From the human T2T-CHM13v2.0 reference genome, Homo sapiens, in assembly GCF_009914755.1 (NCBI RefSeq), contig NC_060936.1: a stretch of DNA of 64,000 nucleotides. One strand, written 5' to 3'. Shown here piece after piece: positions 45,158-59,114 of this stretch. Below the pieces are notes generated by a model. That model searched no databases and had not been told where the DNA came from. It saw nothing but the letters and a program-made list of their open reading frames with translations. How positions within the stretch are numbered: position 1 is the stretch's first letter; every line of letters begins with the position of its first letter. The position numbers and the translations under genes were made by a program.

Positions 45158-47984
45158 GCAAGAGAGTGCTATGAGCAGATTTCCATTTTAGAAATAAAAA
45201 TCTGTGTCTCCTCTTACTGTTCTTGGCATGGATCATTTTACACCCAACCATACAGCCTTGATCTTTCTGGCCAGGTACCATGAATCTATTTCTCTCTGCT
45301 GGCCGAGTTGGCCCTATCACACCTTCAGCATGAGGTGGAGAGGGAAAAAGGATGGGCTCTGGTATCCCCATAATGTGGGCAACTGTCTTTTGCTCACGAG
45401 AAGCTGAAGACACGGGTTCTCTCTGTTGTTGCAGAAGGAGACCTGGAAGCTTTCACAACCCCTCATCCTCTTCTGTCCAGCAGACCTTTTGTCCTTGCTG
45501 GCACTGAACATTCAACCCCGGGGGAGGCTGAAAGCTCTGCTGGCTCCCTTCTCATCAAGAGAGGAAAATGGTGATAGGATGAAAAATCCTCCCGTCTCCA
45601 CAGCAACCTCTTGGCTTAGCCTCACGATGTACTGAACAATCTTTACTTAATTGGAAGGGATTTCGGGGAGAACAGTCAAGACAAAGTCATTGGCAACCTA
45701 TTCCTGGAATTAGAACGCATCACCTTCTTAACTTAATTGGATAATTCATTTTAAATTGGGCGTGCAATCACGACAAGAAAATGTTAGTATTAATAATACA
45801 TATCTGAGATCAACTGCCTCTCCCAAGAAACCTGGCCCTGGTGGAATTCTTTAATTCCTCCAAAATAAATTTTGCAAAGATAAAATGATGTTGTCAAAGT
45901 GGAGAAGGAACAAACATCCAGCAGGCATTCATATCCCAGAACTTTCTAGAACACCTCTGTTGGTCATGGAATGTTAGGGAAGACCTGGACTCCCTTTGGG
46001 GTGTTTTATCGATCGAGGGGGCCCTCTGTGCCCGGCCCTGGGTGTGAGTGTTGAGGGCCTGGTGTGTTTTGTTAAGTGTCTTTCTTTCCTACCATAGCAG
46101 CTATTCAGATGGTTGGAAGCATAACAGATGGCAATGGGCTATTGCCTGGGGGCGCAGGGGATGACCAGGGCCTCTCTCACAAGCTTGGGTCCTGGAAGCT
46201 GCTTAGAGACCTGTGGAGTGGCTGAACCGCCTCATGGAGGTCTTCCAATCTGGTCACATTGTGCCGGGAGATGGCAGCTGGTATCAGGGGACCAGGCTGC
46301 TGGGAGCAGGGGGCTGCGTGTTGACTGAAGGTGCTGCCTGTCTTGCACGTGCTTCCAGGCCAGCTTCCCTGTGGCACTCAGTGTTCCCCCAAAATAGGGC
46401 AGTTGCTAAGAAACAGGGATGAGCCAGAGGCCCGGGAGCGCCGTCAACACTGTGTTGATGAGGATGCTTCTGCGCCAGGGGCTCGGCTGCCAAAGCTCTT
46501 GCGGCCTTGCCAGATCCACTTACGTCAGGCTGTTGCCCAAGCCCACACCGAGTCTGCGTTTGCCAGCATGAGCGTTCCTGCTTCTGGGATTTGAGCTGCA
46601 GGAAAATTTAGTGGTTGTGTAGACAAACTCACAAAAACTCCAACATTCACAGCATAGCACCCACCACCCGCCGTCCACCCACGCCTCAGCTGCTCCTCTG
46701 CACGGCCTCTCCCCCACCCCTGCCTGTGCTCCTCCACGGCTCTTCTCAGTTCCTACCCCAAATTTGTAACATAAAAAAGAGATGCTTACGTGTGTGCAGC
46801 ATTTTGTTTTAAGCCAGGCACTGTGCTAGGTATTTTTACATCTATTAGCTTATTTTCCAATTTGTGATGCACCAGTGCTGGTGGTCGATATTGAGCCCAT
46901 TGTAGAGGTGGGGATGCTGAGTCTCCAAGAGGTGTAAGTCACGGACTCAAGATGCAGCAGCAGGGCGGTGGCAGAGCTTTCAGACTAAGAGTGTTGACCC
47001 CCAAGGCCCATGCCTGGGCTTCCAAAGCTGGAGGGCGACACAGCTCCAGAGCCCTGGGCCCAGACTTGAGTCCTGTATGCCCAGTACTGCTGATGATTAC
47101 CCCAAGGGCAGCCAGGGAGGAGAGACAGGCCCCCGGTATTTTTTAATTGAAATGACAGTGGAAAAACTGCTGGCAAGATTATCTGAGTCAGCTGAAAATG
47201 TGAGTTTGAGTGGCCCCGGAATACCCCACGCTTCCAGAAGACGCTTCCTATGGAAAGTACTGGAGCGTGGCACTCCTCTGCGTGTGCGCCTCCCAGCTCT
47301 CGGCGGCCTCCAGGAAGGAGTCCAAACTCCCTTCACCATCTCACCCCAACCCAACTGCCTTCCCTGCACCCCCACAGCCGCCCCCCACCCCAGCATCTTC
47401 TCAGGCCCCCTCCTTCCCCCTGCCCTTCCTGCCTGGCTCACTCCTGGCCACCCTTCAGACTCCTCTCTCTGCCTCCTCCAGCTGGCGCCTCACTTGGTGA
47501 TGGCCGTGTCTGTTCCATGGCCCCTCCCAGAGGGACTTGGTTTCTCCTGCTGTCATTGCGTCTCCCTTACGGGGCCGCATGCTGGGTTTTCTTACCATTT
47601 CCTGCATCCTGCAGAGCCGAGGGCGTGGCAGCACCAATCAAGTGTAGTAGGAATGAGTAGGAAACAAGCATCCTTCTCCATGGCACAGAAGGGAGTCTGT
47701 CACCTTGGAAAGTCACTCAAGAGAGGATCCAAGAAAGCGTCTTGCCCTACCTACCCCTCCTTTAGCAAGTGAGGATCTTCGAGGGGAGGGGAGTTTCCAA
47801 GTCAACTGGTGACAAAGCCAGGATGAGAAGACACTCCCAGACCACCTGTGGCTAATGACACACACTGCCCGGCCATGCCATCTGCCAGCGCTGGAGGTGG
47901 CCGCTCAACACAGGAAGGTCAAGGTCAGTGTTAGCAGCTCCCCCACCCAGCAGGGGAAAGGGAAAGACTTGCACTGGGGAGCAG

Positions 47985-48297
47985 TTTTATTTATTTTTAT
48001 TTATTTATTATTAATTATTTTTAGATGGAGTCTTGCTCTGTCACCCAGGCTGATGCAGTGGTGAGATTTTAGTTCACTGCAACCTCTACCTCCTGGGTTC
48101 GAGCGATTCTCCTGCCTTAGCCTCCTGAGTAGCTGGGACTATAGGTGTGCCACCATACCCGGCTAATTTTTGTATTTTTAGTAGAGATGGGGTTTCACCA
48201 TGTTGGCCAGGCTGGTCTCGAACTTCTGACCTCAGTTGAACCACCTGCCTTGGCCTCCCAAACTGCTGGGATTACAGGTGTAAGCCACCACCCCGCC
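47985..48297 (-). mobile_element. Alu (AluS-like)
   Basis: Antisense dimeric Alu. Confidence 0.9.
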
Positions 48298-48932
48298 TGA
48301 GCAGCTTTATGTTCTATGTTATTAACACTTAAAAGGCCTTTGAATAAAAGTACCCTTGAGTGTTTAAGGAGAGCCAGGAGGGAGACAGGACTCCAGGTCC
48401 AGCCAGCAGCAGCGCCCAGCCAAGAAGGCAGGGAGAAAAATGCTGCGAACGTCCAGTCGAATCCTCCCGGGTTGGGGTGTCCTGCCAGGCCAGCAAGCCA
48501 GCACTTCTCACTAGCACCCTCAGGGTGCCACGTGTACTCAGGCAGCAGGGATGAAGAGCGCCTCAACTTCAGGCTGGCCAAATTTGGTGAGATAGTTCAC
48601 GCTGCAGTTTACCGGTGCCAGAAAGCAAAGAAACCTCAACCCAAACCACAAGAAAACCTCTCCCGGGAGCCGACAGAGTTGGCCTGTTCAGAGACAGAGT
48701 TCCAGCCTTTGTTGGCAGCACGTCATTCTTAGAAGTCTGGAATGGGTGTGAGTGGGTGTGTACGTGTGTGTGTGTGCACACTCCAAAGTTCGGCTTTGCA
48801 CAAGGGACAGCCTAGGCTCCACCTTACCCGGTGCCTGTACCATCGCAGTGGGAAGGGCTAGTTGCACCCCAGTGGCGGCCCCAGGCTGTGCCTCCTCTGC
48901 CTCGCTGAACAGAGACAATTTTAAGAAAGGGG

Positions 48933-49378
48933 TGTATTAGTTTCCCAGGGCTGCTGTAACAAATGACCCCAAACTTGGTGGCTCAAAACAATAGAAATGT
49001 ATTCTCTGAAGGTTTTGGAAGACAGAAGTGTGTAATCCAGGTATCTGCAGGGCCCCGCTCCCTCTGAAGGCCCTAGGGAAAAATCCCCCCTTCCTCTTCT
49101 GGCTTCTTGTGGGCTCCAGCCACCCTTGGTGTTCCTTGACTTGCAGCTGCCTCACTCCAGTCTCTGCCTCCACGTCCCATGACCACCTTCCCTGTGTGTG
49201 TCTTTCTGTGTCTTCATGAGGACAGAAGCCATTGATTTCAGTGCCTACCTCAAATCCAGGATGATTCTGTCTCGACATCTTTAACCAATTACATCTGTAA
49301 GAACCCTGCTTCCAAATCAGATCACATTCTAAGGTCCTTGGTGGACATGAATTTGGCAGGGACATTAAACTCACTGCA
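48933..49378 (-). mobile_element. MLT1B/C-like solo LTR
   Basis: TGTATTAGTTTCCCAGGGCTGCTGTAACAAATGACCCCAAACTTGGTGGCTCAAAACAATAGAAATG...GTGGACATGAATTTGG. Confidence 0.85.
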
Positions 49379-49809
49379 GCGGTGGGTGGGGGAAGATTGC
49401 CTTGGTGAGAAGCAGCTCAGGTTTATGGGTCAGAGGAGCCCTTTCATAAGATGCTCTTAAATAGCTGGGTGTGGCGGCTCACGCTTGTCATCCCACTACT
49501 TTGGGAGGCCGAGGTGAGAGGATCGTTTGAGCCCGTGAGTCCAGGATCATAAGATGCTCTTTAGTGGGGGTGGGTGTGAGGTGAGCCTGCCCCCCCAGAC
49601 ATTTGTAGCAGAGTCTCTTATGGCCAGCTGACTGCTCACTGTCCCCTCTGCTTCAATGGCAGAGACAGAGCAGAGGCAGGGGATGTCACACTGCATCCAA
49701 GCCACTGAGGGGCACTTCAAGGACAGAAGCTGGCTTCACTCCTTCTCCATTCCTCAGAGCCTGGCATGGGGCCACCCATAGGAGAGTGTGTATTCAGTGT
49801 TCACTGAAA

Positions 49810-49982
49810 GCCAGGTGTGGTGGCTTGAACCTATAGTCCCAGCTACTTGGGAGGCTGAGGCAAGAGGACCGCTTGAGCCCAGGAGCTCCAGGCTGCCGTG
49901 TGTAACAGTCGTGCCTGTGAATAGCCACTGCATTCCAGCCTGGGCAATGCCAGCAAGACCCCATCTCTAAAAAACAAAAACA
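49810..49982 (+). mobile_element. FAM (fossil Alu monomer, 7SL-derived)
   Basis: Retains the 7SL-specific GCCTGTGAATAGCCACTGCA segment that is absent from dimeric Alus. Confidence 0.75.
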
Positions 49983-52900
49983 ATGTTTGCTGAAAGAATG
50001 TTTGCTTGTCGGAGAGATACAGTAACTACTTGTTCTAACTTTGGAGAAAGGACACTTCGGGTTTCATGTCAGGAAGGAGTGAGTCAGACTGTGGTCTGGA
50101 AGGGAACCCAAAAGCAGGAGTTGAAGAAAATGTGTTGGCCAGGAAGCCGCGGCCTGGAGATACTCCTCTGCTACTTGTGGGTGTTGTGAACTCAGCTGGG
50201 AGCCTCGGGTCTCACATCTGTGAAGTGGGTATCAAAGCGTTGTGAGGCTAACATGAGATTTTGTGTGAGCCTTCTGTAAACTGTAAAGTAAGGTGCCCAC
50301 CCAAGAAATTTTCCTGGAAGGCAGAATAAAATGAAAAGTGTGATATAATGAGCAGTGTGTACGATTAGATTATTGCATGCTAAGCAAGATTCACTGGGTG
50401 AGGGTCATGTTGTAAGGACCTGTGTGAGTGAGGCACTGACTGCGTTGAGTCTTTAGAAAAAATTAGCCTATGGGGTATTTTTATTCCCATTTTAGGGGTG
50501 AGCAAACTGAGCCCCGTGTAGATGTTCAGTAACTTTCCCAAGGTCATAGTAAGCAGAGAGGCTGGAATTCAAACCCAGATCTGTTCACCCCAGCACTGGG
50601 TCCACATGACTTCTGGCCCGTCAAGGCTCCTGGCCTGTGCCCTTGTGTGAGCTGCTGCTGGGCACGGGCCTGGAGACAGCCGGGGGAGCTTGGCAGTGGG
50701 TGCCATCACCGGGCTGTATATGGTGGACACGAGCTTCCTGTTGTTTTCCTGTCACCCTCGTCCCTTGGATGGCATGCCACTTATAGTTTGGCTGCTCATG
50801 TCCAGTCTGCTGCACTGGGAGTGCTGGGTCCCCCGTGCCTCATGTTAGGGTGTCCCTCCAAAGCAGGCACCTTCTCTACCCTGTGGATTGGCAGAGGCAG
50901 TTCTATTTCTAGGTAATGAATGGACCTTACGGAAGATTGGTCTCTTCCGCCCGAAGAGCTAGAAATAACTGTTCTCAAGCAAGGCCCATGCTTTCTCAGC
51001 ACAGAGCTGGTTTTCCCAGGCACTCTGCAGTTAACCCCACTATTACTCTGGAATGCAGAGACCCCTTGGCCCTGTCGGATTTACTTTAGTAGCAGCCTCT
51101 GCTTCCAAATGCAGCTGCTTTCTGGAAGAGGGTGTGGTAGTGGAACAGAAATGGCTTAGGTCTTGGCACTAGATACAATTGGGTTCAAACTTCGGCTCCA
51201 CCAGTTACAAGCTGTGTGACCTTGGGCTAGTCAGCTTTTTAGTTCCTATTTCTTTCCCTTAAAAAGTCTTAATTTGACAAGTAATACATATCAAATATAC
51301 ATTCTTTAATGTGAAAATACACATAAGCAAAAAGAAATATGAAAAATCACTGTTAAATTTTAGTATACCTCTTTTAAGATTAATTTTTCTACCTCCTTTT
51401 ATTTACACATATATGCATATATACAGTAGAAAACATATAAATATATATGCAATAGAACATTTTTAAAATAATGGAATTATTCATACTGTTTTTTTTCCCC
51501 ACCTAATGTATATTTAAAGGTATGGGGAAGTGTTAGCAATGTCGTGTCCCCTGAAGTAGCTACGTGGTATTCCATTGTATGGCTCTCCCAATATTTAACC
51601 TACCCCCAGGTGGTGGACAGTTGGATATAACCTCACTGTCCAGGGGGACCTTGGCTTCTCCATCTCTGCAATGGGATAACAGTGCCCATCCTGCAAGGCA
51701 GCTGTGTGTGCTCAGCATGCAGCTGGCCCTCATAAATGCTGGCTTCTTTCCTTGTCCTTTCTCTGTACTGGTTCCTTTCACGTAGGGTATCTACCACGAT
51801 AAAATGAGTGTGCCCCAAATAAATGCATTGTCTCGTGTGTCTGCTCAGCACCTGAACAGGTTCCTGCCTCGGGTCTTGCTGACAAGTGCGCAGGGCCAGC
51901 AGCTTCCCGTTGGCCTCTCCCAGGAACCCTGAGCAGAGGCCTGAGCCCAAGCAGACGCTGCAAGGCTGCTCTTCTCCCTCCCAGTCTGGGCAGCATGGTT
52001 TCTGCTCTGAGAAGCCGCCGGGAGCAGTTGAGATGAGCTGGGTGCCTGGTTAGTGTCTGCACCACCTTTCGGGGCCTGACATGTGGCGTCTCGCCTGTAG
52101 GCTGCGGCCAGCATCTAAGCGGAGCACTTGGATCTAGCAGTTATTCACATCTGCGGCTCCGTGTGTCCCCCTCCTAGAACCTCCCCACAACCCCCAAATT
52201 AATTGGATTGTGTAAGGTTTTCGTCACAGTGGATGTCAAGTGCTGGCCGTGTTAGGCACAATATAATATAAGCCTTGTATCTATTTCTTGTCTGAACCTA
52301 ACTAAATAAAAACATCATGTTTCCCTGCTCAGTTGAGATATGTAAACCAGATGTAATTCTGCCTGCTGTGCAACTGATCATGTTACCCAGAACTTTGGAC
52401 AAAGCTAGCAGAATATGCGCAGCCTTCTGTGAGGGTTAATTTTGTCTATTAAATTGTCATTAGGGCTGACACAGGGTGATATTTATGTTTTGTTCTGTTT
52501 TTGCTTAAATGGGAGTGTAAAAATGATGATAATACTAATAGCTAGTATATGTTATGGGGCTTGTCATGCGTGGATGCATCGGGCGTTCTGATAGAAGCTG
52601 TATATGGATGTCTCATTCAGTCCCATGAGGCAGATGGATCAGTCCCCATTTTATACATGAGAAGCTGAGGCATTGAACTCAGGCAGTGACTCTGGAGCCT
52701 CTCCTTTTAATCCCTGCAGCAGTCTTTGTGATAGGGTCAAGTGGGTATTTATTGGAAAGGTCCCCTGCTCTGTCCCCCTTACCCAGTGCAGGGGTTAAGA
52801 AGGGCCTGTTTGTTAGGAAAAGTCTTCAGCACAACCGATCCTGCTTGCTTACTGAGCTGCTGACATTCTCAGTTTTGAGAACGAGGTAGGAGAGTTGCAG

Positions 52901-53597
52901 AATCAGAGGGCAGGAGCGCTGTGTTTCCAGGGTGCCCTGAAATGGCAGAGGATCCAGGGGCCAGACCAGAATGACAAGGAACTCGCCACAGGCCTGGCTC
53001 CTCGCGGGGAGGAAAACGGAAGATCAGATAACAAGACTAAGCACGTGAACTCCAGATGCATAACCTTGGATCAAAATTGGGGTGCCAGACCAGAGTGGGT
53101 GGACAGACACATGCAGCAAATATTTGCCACGTAAATGGATGGGTGAAATTATGGCTCATTAAGCTCTCACGGGAGGTGTGAGGTTGTATGTAGCATGTGG
53201 AGTTTGCATATGGCCTCTAATATCTGCCTGGGAGTTTTCAGTTTAAAAATGCCAGCAAAGAAGAACAAGCAGGTATATGTATGGGATACACCCACAGGGA
53301 GCTTTAACCAGCCTAAGAATGAGCCGTGGAAAATTGTGTCTTTCATGCCTGTGGCTTTATGCCTGGGTCAGTTCTCCTTATAGTTGGTAATTCATTCAAC
53401 AAACATTTAATTAACTCATTTAAATATAATCCTAATAACATCATCAAGAAGGTAAATCTAATTCCATATGCATCTTTTCATTACCTAGCACTGCATATGC
53501 TTTTTTTAAATTACAAAACTTATCGAAATATTTCTCATCTATCTACTATTTGAGATTATTTACACAGACTCCTTCCTCTTCAAAGGGCACAGTGGAG

Positions 53598-53602
<5 letters not shown>

Positions 53603-53636
<34 letters not shown>
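53603..53636. repeat. (GT)17 microsatellite
   Basis: Direct reading. Confidence 0.97.
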
Positions 53637-53638
<2 letters not shown>

Positions 53639-54439
53639 ATATGTAAACACACTGTGGACAGCCATACCTTTTCTTATAGGTAGGTATGCCTGTAACCTGT
53701 CAGGGTAACAGACAGCACTGAAATGGAAATGGAAATATGACCTGCTCTCTTGGCATTTTCTATGCAGTTAAAGTGAAATAATTGAGGGATCCTGTCACGA
53801 GATCCTGTCATGGGCTGCTGTCATGGGATGCCTTGGTCCCCAGAGGTGGCTGGTGAGTTGGGAAGGGTTCTTCTGCACAGGTCTGCCCGGAATCCTGTCC
53901 CAAAGGGACGACTTGCCCTTTAGGCTACTACTGCATTCTCAAAATGGCAACTTGGACGGGGTGAGGGATTAATTTTGGTATCTGGTCCTCCTCTTTTGCC
54001 TGGAACTGCCACTGGGCTCTGTTTGAAGGGGATGTTGCTTTTTCCTCTCACTAAAATTGGTCCCATCCTTGCTGCCCGTAACCTCACATGGAATGCCTGC
54101 CGGGCAAAGAGGCAGCCCTTTTGCAAATACGTATTTAATGGGAAATTACAAAGAGACTGGTCCCACCCATGTAAGAGGGAAGCGGATGTGTGTAACACTC
54201 TAAAACCACGCTGGAGATGCACTCAGCTCCACCCGACACAGACCAGCATCGCTCAGGTTACCAGGCAACTGTGAGCAACAAATACTTGTGAGTCTGGGAT
54301 TGAAGGGGGTGGAAACCCGACTTTTTCTAAATATCCTCATCACTTACCATAATAAGAGCCCTTACCCAAGTGTGCTTGTGTCCCGGGCTGCCTAAGTTGG
54401 CCTGAATCTTGTGTCACCCTTCATAGTAGCCAAGACCTC

Positions 54440-54650
54440 AGGAGTCAGATTGCCTGGGTACCATCTGTTCTCTCCAGGTACAAGCTTCCAACAGTGTATA
54501 ATTTATACTTTCCGAGCCTCAGCTTGCTTATCTCCAAAATGGGGATAATAATCATTCCATTCTCTAAGAGGATTGAGTGAGTTGATGGTTGACAGGTTCT
54601 TAGAAGATAGCCTGACAAATAATACGTGCTCAGCACATACTAGCTTGTAT
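54440..54650 (+). mobile_element. MIR
   Basis: GGAGTCAGATTGCCTGGGT...GAGCCTCAGCTTGCTTATCTCCAAAATGGGGATAATAAT. Confidence 0.7.
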
Positions 54651-55319
54651 TATTCCTGACACTGAGTCTTCTCAGCAAACTCTTGGAAGGAAACTTCCCT
54701 CTGGAAGCCACAGAGAGATCTTCAAACATACATGGCGCTGCTTCTGGGGGCAGCCCTGGAAGATAAGGAAGAAGGGGCTGTCAGTGCAGCTGCAGGGACA
54801 CACGTCCTCTGAGCCCAGGTTGTTCCTAATCCTCCAGCCGTGGGCACCGCTGTGGGGGGCTTTCCTTACCAGCTCCCCTCGTCTAGCAGATGTCCCCGGT
54901 GCTGAGTCACTGGGCTGCACTGCTCTGACCCACTTACTGTACCCGACCCTGCCCTCTTCCCTCCCAGTTCCACTCTTTAGCCTTCGACCCTGGCAGGTTT
55001 CCAGGTAGCCAGATCGAATCCGTCTTTCCCATTGGTCTCTAGAGAAGCATGACCTGCCTCGGTTCTTTCCAATGGCTGTCACTTCCTCCTTTTGGCCAGC
55101 TAGTAAATTGTCTCCATCCCCGTCACTGCGTAACCTTTCCCCAGAAAACTCTTGGTGTCCTCTCTGCTCCCCCAGCAGAGGCAGCAGCTACTGAAGGGCC
55201 CTTCCCAGTGTCTCCCTTTTTACATTCTGAGTAGGGTTATGACAGTTGCTTCTAGCTATAGAAAGTTCCCACTGTCTTCCACTTAAACACGTAAAATACT
55301 TAAGATTCTTATATGTTCT

Positions 55320-55600
55320 TTTCTTTAAAAACCAGCTTCATTAAGATAAAATTCACATACCATACAATTCACCCATTTACCATATACAGTTCAGTGGCTC
55401 TGAGTATAGAGTTCTGCACCCATCACCGTGACCCACTTTAGAACATTTTCATTACCTCCTTCCTTCCACCCCTCTCAGCCCTAGGTAACCATGCTCTACT
55501 TTCTGGTTTTTTGTATAGATATCATGATTCTGGACATTTCATATAAATGGAATCATATGTGACCTTTATCATGTAATATCTGGCTGCTTTCACTTTGCAG
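55320..55600 (-). mobile_element. L1MB-like 3' fragment
   Basis: AATTCACATACCATACAATTCACCCATTT...TTCTGGACATTTCATATAAATGGAATCATA. Confidence 0.75.
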
Positions 55601-55607
55601 TGAATCA

Positions 55608-56201
<594 letters not shown>

Positions 56202-58591
56202 CTATGATTCTGTTTAATGAAATTGAGGCCCATTATGTTATGTTTGTTCCTTACTATTCCAAACAATATTCCTTATTGTTCTTACTATAGTCTAGTAATT
56301 CATTATTCCTCAAATAATGAATTCTAGGCCTTGGTGCAGAGCTTCATTCTTTACTACAGCTGGATAATATTCCATTGTAAGGACACCCCACATTTCATTT
56401 ATCCTTTTGCTGGTTGGTGGACAGGTGGGTTGTTCCTCATGTTCTTTTTAACACAGCAAGGCCATATGATCTGTCTGAGGCTGCCTTTCAGTTCCCAACC
56501 ATTTTTTGAGCAGGAGAGACATTTTCTGTCATTTTTATCACAGCCCTTGGTTATTTCTTGATGTGTTCATGAATGTAATCCCAACTTAGACATGATGTTC
56601 CAAACCTATAAGAAAATTAGAATTTTTTTTTTTTTTTTTTGGGAAAGAAGAAACAGTTATTTAAGACTTGTTAGAATAAATGATTCAGATCCTTTTTCTT
56701 CTGTGTTTTTATTTTGGCTCTAAATAAAACATTTATAGAAGTTTGTCTTTTGTGTAATTATTTAGGCTCTAAAAACTTCACTCAGTTTAGATGAGTGTTC
56801 AAACTCGCTGAGGGAAAAAAATAAAGTTTTTCCCCAGGGAGAAAAATATTATGAGCTAAAACTAAAAATAACTTAAAATTTTAGCGAAGGAAGCATTAAC
56901 ACACCAGGCCAGCACACTTTCTTTTTAATGGGAACTGACCCTGGGTCAGGTGGGTCCAATGACACCCTTATTTAATTTATTTCCTGCTGGGAGCTGATTT
57001 TCCTGGGCATGTTCTGACCCAGGGCACTCGGCAGAGACGCTGCTAACAAAGTCCAGGTGGAAAACATCTGAGTTTCCCAAATTTCTCTAAAGGTTTTTAA
57101 GGGCTGTTCAGCTTCGAGTAGCAGCGTGAGTGTGAGGTCACTGGCGTAAATGAGACCCCGCGGGTTAAGTTGCAGGTGGGAGCTCCAGGATGCAGCAAGG
57201 TGGCCGCGGCCACTGGAACTGTTGTTTGGCCTTGACTCTAATCTAAGGTGCCCTGGGCGTCGGCCTGTATGCTGGTGCTCAGTGAGGTTTCTCCATGACT
57301 CTGTATGAGATCTCCTGTGCTGAATGGGACCCTTAAATGTGCCCTTCGCTGCCATCATTTAAGGAGGGAAAAGGCAAATCAGAATGTCATAATGTAAAGG
57401 ATGGCAGGCAAACACATGTTTTTAGAACCACACTATGATTTCAAAAGGCACATCAACATTCAGTTGAATTTCATGTCTATTGGGGGATCTTTGATTTCTC
57501 TCCCCCTAAATTTGTGTGGGGATGTGAAAAAGCTTACGCTTTAGAATCTGTCGATCTTGGTGGTTCTTGGGCAAATGACTCTCCATCCCTGGGATCTTGT
57601 TTGTGTCAGAAGGATGACATCCTCCACCTCCATCAGGGCTAATGTGGGGATCTAATGAGGTGCCTTATGTACAACCCCTGGTACAGAAGAGAGGCACTCA
57701 ATCAGAGCTGCTTCTAAAGCTCTTCTACTTGAAATGATCTTTTTTTAATCCTCACTCATACCCTGGTTTTAGGTGGAATAGTTTCTAAGGAAACAGAGTC
57801 CTTTTCCCATAGGATGGTGCTGGGTTTTTGTGCTTGAGAGAGACCATCTTTGTCTCTCTGAGCCCCTTGGACGCCAAGATGCATCCACAGGGCAAGGCAC
57901 ACGCAAGCATTTGGTAGGTAAATATAGAACCCAGTGGGTTCGGCAGGGAATTAAAGTATCCATTTAATAAACCTCAAGAACAGCATAGCCTTTAATATAA
58001 AGTCCCTTCTCCCAAAGGGTTGCAAAAACTTTTGCAATGATTATTGCTTTTCATTTATAGCCTAATGTTTGAGGACTGGAGCCATAAACTGAAGAGCCAG
58101 AAGTAGACGCTAGCAACTAAAAATACTGTCAATGAGTGTCACAGATATCCAAAGTAGACAATTCGTTTTCCTTCCAGTGGCTTTCTTGGCAAAAAAAATA
58201 AAAATTAAAAAGGAAAAAAATGACTGAGTTAAGAAAACGTTGTAGTGTTTGATGATGATAACTTGCATTTTATAATGCTTTCCAGCTTACAGAATGCTTT
58301 CTCATTATTATTTCATTGAATTCTTCTGACTCGCAGAGGTAGGTAAGACAATACTGTGTTATGGTTCAGGACATGCTGCCTCTACCACTTCACTTCCTAG
58401 CAGGTGGTCATGTGAGTTAGGGAAGTGCTCTAAGCTTATTTTCCAAATTTTTAAAATAGGAGTCACAACACCTTCCTTTTAGGATTGCTGTTCAGATTGT
58501 ATGAGATAAGATATGAATAATCCCATCCACATAGTAAAGGCTTCATAAATGGCAGCTGTTACTATGTTATTACATAGAATAATCCTCACTC

Positions 58592-58860
58592 GGCCAAGGT
58601 TGGGGGATTGCTTGAGTCCAGGAGTTTGAGACCAGCCTGAGCAACCAAGTGAGATGCTGTCTCCACAAAAAATAAAAATGTAAAAATTAGCAGGGTGTGG
58701 TGGCATGTACCTGTAGTCCCAGCCACTCAGGAGGTGGAGGCAGGAGGATTGCTTGAGTCCAGGAGGTTGAGGCTGCAGTGAGCCATGTTCGTGCCACTGC
58801 ACTCCAGCCTGTGCGACAGAGTGAGACCCTGTCTAAGAAATCATCATCATCATCATCATC
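58592..58860 (+). mobile_element. 5'-truncated AluJ-like element followed by (CAT)n
   Basis: Alu motifs, then ATCATCATCATCATCATCATC. Confidence 0.85.
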
Positions 58861-59114
58861 TTCCTTACTTTACAGACGAGGAAACTCAAAGTGGCACTTA
58901 ATTTGCCAAAGATCACAAAGATCTAGTAATGGCAGAACTGGAATGCACATCTAATTCTACTTCCAACTTCATTCCTCCTTCCACTTTTCCTTAGCCAAGA
59001 ATGTAAATCAGGAACATTTTGGTGCTTCTGCCAGCGACATTTACCATTATCATGAGCTCTTACATGGTTTCTCGGGTGCACTCAGATTTTCAACGTCTAC
59101 TTTTGTATTTGCAG

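Noticed and set aside
49810-49982. 7SL RNA gene
   Set aside because: Lacks most of the S domain and has an A-tail; it is a FAM retrocopy.
59019-59114. N-terminal 32 aa of the 304-aa ORF (and its VRVIPVI tail)
   Set aside because: Intronic sequence outside the splice sites, with a non-ATG start.
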